DNA of 64,000 nt, taken from NCBI GenBank assembly GCA_963804955.1, contig CAWDSQ010000010.1:1-64000 (forward strand), read 5' to 3'. How positions within the stretch are numbered: position 1 is the first letter of the stretch; every line of letters starts with the position of its first letter. This document shows, one piece after another, positions 1-8,687 of the stretch. The notes under the pieces were generated by a model. It saw only the letters and a list, made by a program, of their open reading frames with translations. It did not search any database and was not told the origin of the DNA. Made by a program: the position numbers and the translations under genes. This stretch comes from an uncultured delta proteobacterium (GTDB lineage Bacteria > Desulfobacterota > WTBG01 > CAIYCZ01 > CAIRTM01).

Positions 1-477
1 CTTGTAGAGATCGCCGCGGAACTGCTCCACTTCAGTTTTCATGGTTAAAGGATTGCCGATGTCGAGAACATCAAGCTCGCGGCACAGACCGAGAAAGGCG
101 CGGTTTTCTGTTTCCCATGCCTCAAGCGCGGCGCGGAGCTGCCTATGCAGCTCCGCTTCCCGGTCGGTGCGGGGCAGGCCGTCACAGGTGTGCAACTCCT
201 GTTTATAGGCTTTTTGCGCTTGAGTGATGACCTGGTACTGAGCAAGCCGCTCCTGCTGCGTGATGCCGGGGTCAAGCAGTATCATGGCCGAGCTTTTGAT
301 AGTTTCAAGGTTTGCGCTTACCCGCAAGATGTTTTCGATGCCTGCAAGCCTGACCGTGCCGATGTCGACCAGATGCGAACTGAGCCTGTTTGCCACACCC
401 CAGCCGATAGAGCCGGTGAGCAGGGTCGTGCAGGCGATGACGGCAAAGCTGCCGAGCAGTTTGGTGCGCAGGCGCAT
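1..477 (-). CDS. Methyl-accepting chemotaxis / 4-helix-bundle sensor membrane protein, N-terminal part (runs off the window)
   Basis: Not in the ORF track because it is open to the edge. Manual translation gives MRLRTKLLGSFAVIACTTLLTGSIGWGVANRLSSHLVDIGTVRLAGIENIL..., the typical MCP start (KL..F, TM helix, 4HB sensor). The true start may be ATG 523 with a frameshift. Confidence 0.65.
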   Translation of the reverse strand, partial: MRLRTKLLGSFAVIACTTLLTGSIGWGVANRLSSHLVDIGTVRLAGIENILRVSANLETIKSSAMILLDPGITQQERLAQYQVITQAQKAYKQELHTCDGLPRTDREAELHRQLRAALEAWETENRAFLGLCRELDVLDIGNPLTMKTEVEQFRGDLYK

Positions 478-571
478 GCGGCCAAGCGGTGCGGCCAGGC
501 GCGTGAGATAGTGTAAGCAACATGGATTTATCCTTTCCCGTGTGGTGGTTGTGGAGCGGTAAAAGCCGCTA

Positions 572-2412
572 TCAAATCTGTTCGCACTTGATGCGCAGGG
601 GAGACTGCTTGGCCTCTTTTTTGAGACGGGCAAGGAGCATGCTGATCTCTTCAAGCGACAGGCTGCTGCGGTTTTTCGACAGGTGCAAAAATACCGCGCT
701 CACGCTCAGCAGCGGAAAGCGCCGCTTCGTGCCGTCGCGGTCAATACCGTTGAGATAGCCGTTGCTGCGGTCCCGCTCGCTGTAAAAAGACAGAATGTCT
801 TCGCGGAAGCGTCGAATGAGCATTTGCGTGCGCGGCAGAAGGTGGCCGCGGTTTTTTTCAGTCACCTTCACGCCGGAAAAAAAATCATCACCCCCAATAT
901 GACCGACAAAAGCGCCGCCGTTGGCGCATGATTTCAGCAGGTCGGCAAACAGCAGTATCGCCCGGTCGCCCACACGAAAGCCGTAGGTGTCGTTGAAGGG
1001 CTTGAAATTATCGAAGTCGAAATACACATAGACATAATCATGATTCAGATCGCACAATGATTCGGCGATATAGGTGCTGATGAGGCTGTTGCCCGGCAGT
1101 TTCGTCAGCGGATTCTGGTCGCGGGCTATGGCGATATTTTTTTCATTCAGCGCCTTCAGAAGAGCCCGTGCGCTCATGAACCCGATATAGACGCCGCCGC
1201 TGGTGAGTATGATTCCCTCTGAGCGTTCATCCAGGGCATAAATGTCCAGGATTTCCTCGAGGGGTTTATGGGCATCAACGACAGGGCAGCGCGAAATGAA
1301 GTCGTACAGGGTCTTGCTCAGCCCGGCATTGAGCAGCAGATCTTTGCCGTAGCGTGAATAGGCGTATTCTTTGAGGTCTTTTTCCATAATGAACCCCAGG
1401 GGCTCGTCCTTTTCATTGACCACGGGAATAAAAGTCTGAGCCTTGTGCCGGCGGAACTCTTCAAATACCTGTGTCATGTTGGTGCGGTCGATCCTGACGG
1501 GCGAGATGAACTCCATCTGGTCGGTTATGATACGGTGGTCGCAGTTGGTATACAGGCGGCGCTCCGAGCGGCTCAAGGCGGGCACGTTGTCATACTTGAA
1601 GCTGATGCGTTTGCAGTCGAGCTGAGGCTCCTGAATGAGGTAGCCCTGGACATAATCGCAGCCGATATCCTTGCACACATGGAATTCATCGATCGATTCC
1701 ACCCCTTCGGCGATGACCGCAATGCCCAGCGTGTGGGCCAGGCTGAGCACTTTTAAGACGAACAGTCTTTTTCTTGGGTCCGCGGCGATGCCGGCGATGA
1801 AAAAACGGTCTATTTTGATGAAGTCGGGCTCCGCGTGATAGAGCAGCTGCAGCCCGGAAAAGCCGGTCCCGAAATCGTCAACGGCAATGCGGAAGCCCTG
1901 CTGCTTATAGGTGGTGAGCGTCGTTTTGATGCTGTTGAAGCATTCGAACTGGTGGCGCTCGGAAAGCTCGAAGCAGACCGTGCTGGGCGGCAGGCCATGC
2001 CGCTCAAGTATAGCGGAGGTGTTGCCGGGCCGGTAATCGGGCATGTGCAGAACGCGATTGTCGATATTATAGAACAGGCGGCACTTGCGGTAAAACTCAA
2101 GGCTTTTGAATTTACAGATCGCTTTTTCGCGCAGCCACAGGTCAACCGTATAGAGCAGGCGGTCGGCATAGGCCGCGTCGAAAAAGTCCTGAATGGTCGC
2201 AAAGCCTGCATGGCCGGTATTGCGCAGCAGCACTTCGAACCCCAGGCTTATGCCCGTATGAATGCTGACGATGGGCTGCAGGGCGAAATCAAGGCTGTCC
2301 ACAATCCCGCGCCATAGCGTACTGTCTCCGGGCTGGCGCTCCGGAAAGGCAACCACTGTTGCAGCGGGCTGGCGGTCGGCGGTAGTCAGGGTCGAGACAA
2401 AGCTGGTATCAT
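572..2412 (-). CDS. EAL-CBS-GGDEF c-di-GMP signalling protein
   Basis: ORF 572..2356 has EVL, FELSE, DDFGTGFS, IKIDR, VIAEGVE, QGY (EAL) and DFDNFKPFND...GHIGGDDF (GGDEF variant). An AGGAG-preceded ATG at 2412 joins the frame if one T is added to a homopolymer near 2400. Confidence 0.9.
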
Positions 2413-2506
2413 GACGAGCTCTCCTTTAAATGAGTTAAGCAGTGCCCCACCCGCGCAGCTGTCAGTTCCATAGACGTTGCCGGCTCTGCGGCCGGCAGCG
2501 CCTGAC

Positions 2507-2773
2507 TTAAAATGGATAGTTGATCATTTCCTGGTAAACAATAGGTGGAGGAAATTCGTTCACACTGTAATAGGGCCCGGCAGGGGCGGGATTCAGCATG
2601 TAGTCGGTAATGGTTCTAATGTCCCGCAGCATGACGGTGCAGCTTGTCTGCACCTCTTGAATTGCCTCGCCGATCGGCAGGCTTCTTGACTTTGAGCCCG
2701 CATAGCCTGCCACGCCGAAGGCAAGTGTACTGATCATGATGCTGACCGTAAGCAATCTGATAATGATGTTCAT
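2507..2773 (-). CDS. Small secreted/membrane hypothetical protein
   Basis: MNIIIRLLTVSIMISTLAFGVAGYA is signal-like. GAAAGGA precedes the ATG. Confidence 0.55.
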   Translation of the reverse strand: MNIIIRLLTVSIMISTLAFGVAGYAGSKSRSLPIGEAIQEVQTSCTVMLRDIRTITDYMLNPAPAGPYYSVNEFPPPIVYQEMINYPF

Positions 2774-2905
2774 GGGAGTTTTCCTTTCCAAAAAAAGTTT
2801 TCGTGCACTGCACGGGTTTTGCGTGTTTCTGGTTGCTTGATTCTGCCTCTGTTCCCGCATGGAAATGCGCATGCTCCTGAACAGAGGTGTTTATTATTAA
2901 TTTCA

Positions 2906-2959
2906 ATTATTGCATCTCAGTCTTAACTCCTGATGAGTTGCCGGTTAATTGTTTGTTAA
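2906..2959 (-). promoter_or_regulatory. Pho-box-like 11-bp repeat array plus -10 (AATAAT)
   Basis: TTAA at 2956, 2945, degenerate 2934, 2923. The -10 starts 15 nt after the last repeat on the minus strand. Confidence 0.65.
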
Positions 2960-3053
2960 AAGTTTTTTTTGCATGATTGATTCTGCCAAACAGGGAATGT
3001 TTTGAGTAATACAGAAATAAAGAGGCCAATGGCACTACAATACGGTACTAAAA

Positions 3054-3096
3054 TTAATTATTTCTTAATGAAACGATAACATGAACGGGATATGTC
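3054..3096 (+). promoter_or_regulatory. Pho-box-like array (3 repeats) plus weak -10 (TATGTC)
   Basis: TTAA 3054, TTAA 3065, ATAA 3076; hexamer at 3091. Confidence 0.45.
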
Positions 3097-3122
3097 TGTT
3101 TACCTGTTGTGTGGAAGGCTCT

Positions 3123-3560
3123 ATGATGAATAGCCTCATCTCTAAAACCATCAATGTTTTTAAAAAAATTGACGGCACACCCGACTATGTCGCCAGAGGA
3201 ATGGCTATCGGTGTTTTTGTCGGCATAACCCCTACAATCCCCTTTCAGACAGCCCTCGCCCTGGTACTGGCAGCACTGTTTCGCGGCAGCAAACCTGCAG
3301 CCGTGCTGGGCATCTGGTCCGGCAATCCTCTAACCATCCCGTTATTGTATATGGGGAGCTATAAGCTCGGCATGCTTATGCTCGGCAGGCCTGCATTCGT
3401 ATCTCCATTGAATCAGCAGTTTTTTATGGATTTTTTTAAATCGGGCGCCGTCATCTGCTGCGCCACAATTGCGGGAGGGGCGCTTTTAGGCATAATTCCC
3501 GCCTTAGCTGCCTACTATATAACCCGGAAAACAATTTCACGGTGGCATATAAATAACTAA
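3123..3560 (+). CDS. DUF2062-family membrane protein
   Basis: TP..VARGMAIGVFVGITPTIPFQT and W..NPLT..PL motifs; hydrophobic. Confidence 0.8.
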   Translation: MMNSLISKTINVFKKIDGTPDYVARGMAIGVFVGITPTIPFQTALALVLAALFRGSKPAAVLGIWSGNPLTIPLLYMGSYKLGMLMLGRPAFVSPLNQQFFMDFFKSGAVICCATIAGGALLGIIPALAAYYITRKTISRWHINN

Positions 3561-3631
3561 CTTTTCCCCCTCTGGTGGCGGGTACGTGTAAGGATTCCTA
3601 TAACCAAAAAAACAGCGGGGCGTTTGTCCGC

Positions 3632-4249
3632 TTATTGCTCCGGGCATGCTCGCGGTTTTTCCTCTTCGGTAAAGCAGCGCCGTTCAGTCATCCGGCCGCT
3701 GCTGTACACAAGCTCTTCTTGAATTTTGCCTGTCTTGTAATAAATCCGGGCATGCCCGTCAAGCTTGCCGCGGGAGAAATGCAGCTCCTTTTCAAGCCTA
3801 CCCGATTCGTTAAAAAGCTTTGCAGGGCCTTCCTGTCTGCCGTTTTTATAGCTTTTTTCGGCGCGCAACAAGCCCTCGGGTGTATATGTGTGACAAAGGC
3901 CCTCATATTTTCCGTCAACACGAAAGCCCTCTGTCATAAGAGCACCGTCTTCATAATATTCCTTGTACGGCCCGTTGGGCTTGCCGTTTTTAAACATAAG
4001 TTCCCTTTTCTTTTTTTTATTTGTATTGCCGTAATAATGCCGGGTCATGCCTTCCTGTACATTGTTCTTGTAGTGCTCTTCGCGCAGGTTGCCATCCTCA
4101 TCATAGCGCTTGCTTACACCCTCCCGTTTGCCATCCCTATATTGGCATTCGGCTTTTATCTTCCCGCCCCGGTAATATTCTTTTGTTGTTTCCACAACGG
4201 CAAACGCAACGGCAGCGTAAAGCACGAACACCAAAGGGAGCAGTGTCAT
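3632..4249 (-). CDS. MORN-variant repeat (YwqK-like) exported protein
   Basis: Repeated YkdGk.eG...Yy.dG.l..e units; N-terminal signal peptide. Confidence 0.8.
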   Translation of the reverse strand: MTLLPLVFVLYAAVAFAVVETTKEYYRGGKIKAECQYRDGKREGVSKRYDEDGNLREEHYKNNVQEGMTRHYYGNTNKKKKRELMFKNGKPNGPYKEYYEDGALMTEGFRVDGKYEGLCHTYTPEGLLRAEKSYKNGRQEGPAKLFNESGRLEKELHFSRGKLDGHARIYYKTGKIQEELVYSSGRMTERRCFTEEEKPRACPEQ

Positions 4250-4346
4250 TAGAATCTTTTTCTTAATGCATAGAGCTGTTTGTCACCTGTGATAAAAGCC
4301 TATATGCAGGCTGACGGTCACAGCAGGCGCTGCTGCGTTTTTGAGG

Positions 4347-4374
4347 GGTGACGGAGTCTATGCTCCGTCACCCG
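4347..4374 (-). terminator. Stem-loop downstream of the phosphoesterase gene
   Basis: GGGTGACGGAG-tctatg-CTCCGTCACCC perfect inverted repeat. Confidence 0.55.
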
Positions 4375-4393
4375 TACAAAAGCGTGAAGTGAA

Positions 4394-6058
4394 TCAGTCA
4401 GCTTTCACGAATATGGGGTTTGAATAGAACCATAGATCGGCATAGGCTTCTTCTAAACCGTCGATACCCAGGTTCTGAGTAGCAAGAGTGTCGAGCAGAG
4501 GGTTGCCTTCCGCGTCGGTTTCAAAGGGCGTACCCGCGGGCACGTTCGTGCCGCGAAGGCGGAAGTACATGTCTTTATCCACATTTTTTATAGTGTAGGT
4601 GATAGTCTTCCAGCCGTCGTGTTCCCGCCAGTCCTCTTCCGTAAAGGTGGCGATAACCTTTGTGGACTCATTGGTTGCCTTTGTATAATCAGGAGATGAG
4701 GGATCAATTTTTCCGGTCACATCGCCGGCAATAAGGTCAATATGGTCAACATTTACTGCATCGCCATTGTTATTGGTCTCAGGGCTCTTAAAACGTATAA
4801 CGATCTTGATGCCCGGCTTGTTCTTTGTCAGCACAAGCTCCTGCCCCATGGTAGCGGTGTTTTTCGGGCATTTACGGTCAACGATGGTGAAATCAAGCGC
4901 ATTAATCAGATCGCCGTTGACGACAAACGAGTTTCCTGAACGAAGGCCGTTGATATATGCCCGTGGCTTATTTGCATCTTTTACATATACATAGGTTTTC
5001 TGGTATTCGCCGGGCCAGAAATCGTCGCCGCCGTCGGTCCAGTGAAGATGGCAGTCGGAGCTTGCAAAGTTCCACCAGTGCCGTCCTTCGCCAAGCAGAG
5101 CATCCCACAGGCCTCCGACTTTAGCGGTGTAATACCCGGCGCCGCCGTAGGTGCCCGTACCGACCGCGCCTGAGCCGAATCCGCCGCGGTCACTGTTTAC
5201 CTGATGGCCGGGAAGCCCCTCGAAGCCGAAACATACATCGGGGCCGGCATTGTTCAGATCGCGGAAATGATTGATGTCATATCCGCCGGTTGCATATGTC
5301 CCCTTGCGTTCAACATGCGCAGGGACTGTATAGCTTGCACCCGGATGATTTGCCTGAAGCCATGCCACGGCTTCAACCGCTTTTGCATGTTTGGTGAGCG
5401 CTGATTTCACCCAGCCCTGCGCCGCACCGCCGCTGATGTCTGCATCGCTGTTGTCGAATTTGTACTCAAACTCGGCAAGGGCTTTCGTATTGGGATTGTA
5501 TTTATCAAACTGTCCTGTAATGAGTGCTACGCTGCAATGCTCATGACCGGGCATATTCCATTCAAAGCCCTGCAGAATCATTTTGTCAGGATAGTCAGCC
5601 CGGGCTTTCAAAACATCCTGCACAAGATAATCCCGCAGGCTCTGCCACCGCCACATAAGCTGATGGCCGCCGCTTGTTTTTACATCGCCGATGATGGGAT
5701 TTGGCACGTAGCTGTCCCAGTAGACATCCCCTCCATTATCAATGCCATGCCTGCCGTCTCGATTGAAACCGCCGCCATGCTCCGACTGCGTCCACCAGTC
5801 AAGGCCGAATTCCTTGTTTTTCTCCATCATGTAATCATAGGAGTAACTGCCGTCGGTGTAAGTCGTGTGCTGGTGGAAATCACCGGCAAGATAGTCGGAT
5901 ATTCGGTAGCACTTTGGGGTTGTTTCCTTGCCCGTGTTCTGGTGGAAATCAGAGCCAAAATGTTCCCCTGCCAGTGATGCCTGCGCGAGCGTAAGGCTCA
6001 AAGCCGGTACAAGCAAAAAGTTAAGCAGGCCGCTGCTTTTTTTTGTTCTTTTTTTCAT
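4394..6058 (-). CDS. Secreted PHP-family metallo-phosphoesterase
   Basis: Signal peptide, LAGDFHQHT..TDG, SEH, HEH, PAHVER and SSDCH metal-binding motifs, C-terminal YSNPIFV. Confidence 0.75.
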   Translation of the reverse strand: MKKRTKKSSGLLNFLLVPALSLTLAQASLAGEHFGSDFHQNTGKETTPKCYRISDYLAGDFHQHTTYTDGSYSYDYMMEKNKEFGLDWWTQSEHGGGFNRDGRHGIDNGGDVYWDSYVPNPIIGDVKTSGGHQLMWRWQSLRDYLVQDVLKARADYPDKMILQGFEWNMPGHEHCSVALITGQFDKYNPNTKALAEFEYKFDNSDADISGGAAQGWVKSALTKHAKAVEAVAWLQANHPGASYTVPAHVERKGTYATGGYDINHFRDLNNAGPDVCFGFEGLPGHQVNSDRGGFGSGAVGTGTYGGAGYYTAKVGGLWDALLGEGRHWWNFASSDCHLHWTDGGDDFWPGEYQKTYVYVKDANKPRAYINGLRSGNSFVVNGDLINALDFTIVDRKCPKNTATMGQELVLTKNKPGIKIVIRFKSPETNNNGDAVNVDHIDLIAGDVTGKIDPSSPDYTKATNESTKVIATFTEEDWREHDGWKTITYTIKNVDKDMYFRLRGTNVPAGTPFETDAEGNPLLDTLATQNLGIDGLEEAYADLWFYSNPIFVKAD

Positions 6059-6351
6059 TATAATCCCCTTTATTAAATTATTAATCACACTAAGAAGGTG
6101 TTTTATTCTGTACGCATCTTTTACTTTTAGCGGTGCCCCGTTGTGTTTATCCGTGTATTTCCGGCAACCGGAACACCCCTTGTACACGTAGCCAATCTCT
6201 GTTTGCTCCCACCACCTCCTTTCCTCTGATGGATCTGTTCCGTTGCCGGATGTCCTTCAGCATGACGAGGTTCCCGCTTTTATTAATAGGCGCCGATTTT
6301 TCGTCTCGGTCTGTTCTGCGTGCACCTGTGCGCAACAAGTGTTTACGGGTA

Positions 6352-6405
6352 AGTGTAGCCGGTAAGTTTTAAGGCGAAATAAGGATCAGGTTAAATACTA
6401 GTTAA
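6352..6405 (-). promoter_or_regulatory. Pho-box-like array plus -10 (TACACT) for the PHP phosphoesterase
   Basis: TTAA at 6402, 6391, degenerate 6380, 6369; -10 at +15. Confidence 0.75.
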
Positions 6406-6450
6406 CTGCGCGCATTGCTGCGCCAGCTGCGATAATGAAAAAGGGAGGGC

Positions 6451-6524
6451 AAAAAGGAAGGGGGCCTTGCGGCCCCCAGGGGAGGAAAAGTAACACTGAA
6501 GTGAGCAGCCTCAGCGTACTCTTT
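6451..6524 (-). ncRNA. Candidate Pho-regulated small RNA, sibling 1
   Basis: Own upstream promoter array. Predicted transcript AAAGAGUACGCUGAGG-loop-CUUCAGUGUUACUUUU hairpin, CCUCCCC linker, GGGGGCC-GCAA-GGCCCCC terminator and pyrimidine/U tail. No ORF. Confidence 0.55.
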
Positions 6525-6530
6525 AACAGC

Positions 6531-6584
6531 AGTATAGCTGAGGTTCTTTAAGGGCTGATAAAAATTGCTTTAAAATCAGGTTAA
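6531..6584 (-). promoter_or_regulatory. Pho-box-like array plus -10 (TATACT) driving candidate sRNA 1
   Basis: Minus strand reads TTAACCTGATT TTAAAGCAATT TTTATCAGCCC TTAAAGAACCT cagc TATACT. Confidence 0.75.
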
Positions 6585-6591
6585 TTTTTCA

Positions 6592-7645
6592 CTATACCCG
6601 GCCGTGCCTGACATGAAAAGACAGGGTGGAGCCCGTGACCATGCTGCGGCCGGTATAAATAAATATGAACAGCCACAGCCCCTGAAGGCCGATAATGCCG
6701 GCAGGCTGCCATAAAAGGCGCAGTCCCGCTGCGATATCCATGCTGCGCACCGTGCTGTCAAGCGGGAGCAGGGCAAGTACTGCGGCATAGGCAATGCCGG
6801 CGGCGCTCATGATCTGATAGGCTGATATGGCGCCTCCTCCCCGGTAGTCGGCCCGGAAAAATTCAGAGGCAATGCGCCACAGATGATTGACGGTAACGGT
6901 CAGTATGAAGGCTGCACGCAGGTGGCCGCGCAGAATCAGCCAGCATCCCGCAAGCCCGGCGGCGCAGTTGATCACAGCGGTGACGGCCTGAATAGGAATG
7001 ACGGGCGTACCATCAAGCCCGTGGGCATAGGCAATCTTTTTTGTAGCGCCCGAAAAGATAAAAGACCTGGAGCGAAAAAAGCCTCCTCATCCAGACGGGA
7101 GCGCGCGACAGGGGCATGCCGTAGCAGCAGCCGAAGCTGATGCAGGCCAGCCTGCCCAGACCTTCACCAAAACAATAAGCTGTGCAAACTGCGGCAACTA
7201 CAGGCAGTACGCGCAGGTCCCAGCCCAGTTTTTCTCCAACCGCCGCCTGCACGGCAACCACTGCAGCGGGAATGGCGATGATGCCGGCAAATGCCGCCCC
7301 TCCCACGGTGAGCACATGGCGTTTGCGCTCTACGAGGCGCGCGATGATGGAAGCAGCCGGTATGCAGATGGCCAGTACGGCAATGGTCATGGCGGCTATG
7401 GCTGCTGCAGGGGTTCCCATGGCCCCCATCAGCATGATTAAAACCGTGACGGCAGCCGTATAGGCTGTTGCGCTGAAAAATCCGTACCAGGTTAGATTAA
7501 CTCCCGACCAGGTCCCGTCGGGGTACTTGCGCAGCGGCACGGCCGCCATCATCTGCCAGCGCTCATCAGGAAGGCGCTTGAAAGCCCATGCCAGCAGGAG
7601 CGCAACGGGCAGAGCCAGACACAGGGTGAACAGCTCAGGAGTCAT
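6592..7645 (-). CDS. Lgt (prolipoprotein diacylglyceryl transferase)-like membrane protein, frameshifted near 7070
   Basis: Multiple TM helices, GRLACISFGCCYG (Lgt GR.g..nGe.yG-like motif) and WRIASEFFRAD (R...EFfR). Two ORF pieces, 7013..7684 and 6592..6975. Confidence 0.75.
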
Positions 7646-8687
7646 GGCGTCCTCCTGTTTTGTTGTCCCCGTTGCCGGCAGCAATGGCCCGGCCGATCAG
7701 AGACCGGACCTGAACGTCCGTTTCAACCAGCTGCGCGCCGAAGCCCTGCGAATAACGGCTGTAGGCGCCCTGATGGCGCATATTAGCGATGATATCATCG
7801 CAGAAGAGAACCCTGTTTTTTTGAAACACAAGCACGTCGGTTGAGCTGCCGGGGCGGTAGAGGCTCTTGGGGCAGCCCTTTTCCAGGAACAGGCCCTGCA
7901 CGACGAACTGCGGGCTGTCGTAGCGCTTCCGGCTGTAGCACTGCACGATATCGCCGATCATGAGGGCCACGATTTCAATCATGGCAACAAGCCCTATGCC
8001 CGTGCCGCCAACCACGTCGGTGTCGATGATGGTTACCACGCGTTTATTTTTTGAATAGGGCGTTGCGACCGTGACGACGGCCGACGGATTTGCCGGATGA
8101 TAACAGCCGGGAATTTCATAGAGCTCAAGCACGCGGCCCGAGACCGGAACATGGTTATAGTGGTACTTGTCGGGCGTGAGGCGGAATACGGCGAAATCGC
8201 CGCCCCTGAACTCCTGCAGCCACAGGGAGCGGTCAAAGCCGATCAGCTCATCGAGGTTGAAGAATTTTTCCTTTAAAAAAATCTGGGATGTGTCGGCAAG
8301 CGACCCCACCAGTAACCTGCCGTCGGCAGGAGAGACGATACCGTCGGGATCGGCGGGCATGGGCCGGGTTTCCCAATAACGTATTTGACGCTCGAATATT
8401 TTTTTTGCCGTGTTCAGCCGCTCGCCCGGTTCGAGGCATTCCGAAAGATCTATGCCAAGCCGCTCCACGAACCGGTGCGCGCCAGCCAGGCGCGACAGGG
8501 TCGGCAGCTCGTAATTCACCATGCTCAGCAGGCCGGACATGCGCGACGAGGTCAGCGCCTTGAACAGGGCCGGCGACTGCTCACGGTCGCTGTTGTACAG
8601 ATAGGAAATAATGCGGTCACCGTAGAGCCGTTCGGTCATGACACGGCGGGTGCCCCTCTCAATATACTGATGCTGCGGTATTTTCAT
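7635..8687 (-). CDS. Phosphatidylserine decarboxylase-family protein
   Basis: VSPADG, FRLTPDKYHYNHVPVSG and PGSST self-cleavage motif. Confidence 0.85.
   Translation of the reverse strand: MKIPQHQYIERGTRRVMTERLYGDRIISYLYNSDREQSPALFKALTSSRMSGLLSMVNYELPTLSRLAGAHRFVERLGIDLSECLEPGERLNTAKKIFERQIRYWETRPMPADPDGIVSPADGRLLVGSLADTSQIFLKEKFFNLDELIGFDRSLWLQEFRGGDFAVFRLTPDKYHYNHVPVSGRVLELYEIPGCYHPANPSAVVTVATPYSKNKRVVTIIDTDVVGGTGIGLVAMIEIVALMIGDIVQCYSRKRYDSPQFVVQGLFLEKGCPKSLYRPGSSTDVLVFQKNRVLFCDDIIANMRHQGAYSRYSQGFGAQLVETDVQVRSLIGRAIAAGNGDNKTGGRHDS

Noticed and set aside
3632..4249. Toxin-antitoxin system from the YwqK-like protein
   Set aside because: No adjacent toxin; an exported MORN-variant repeat protein is the simpler call.
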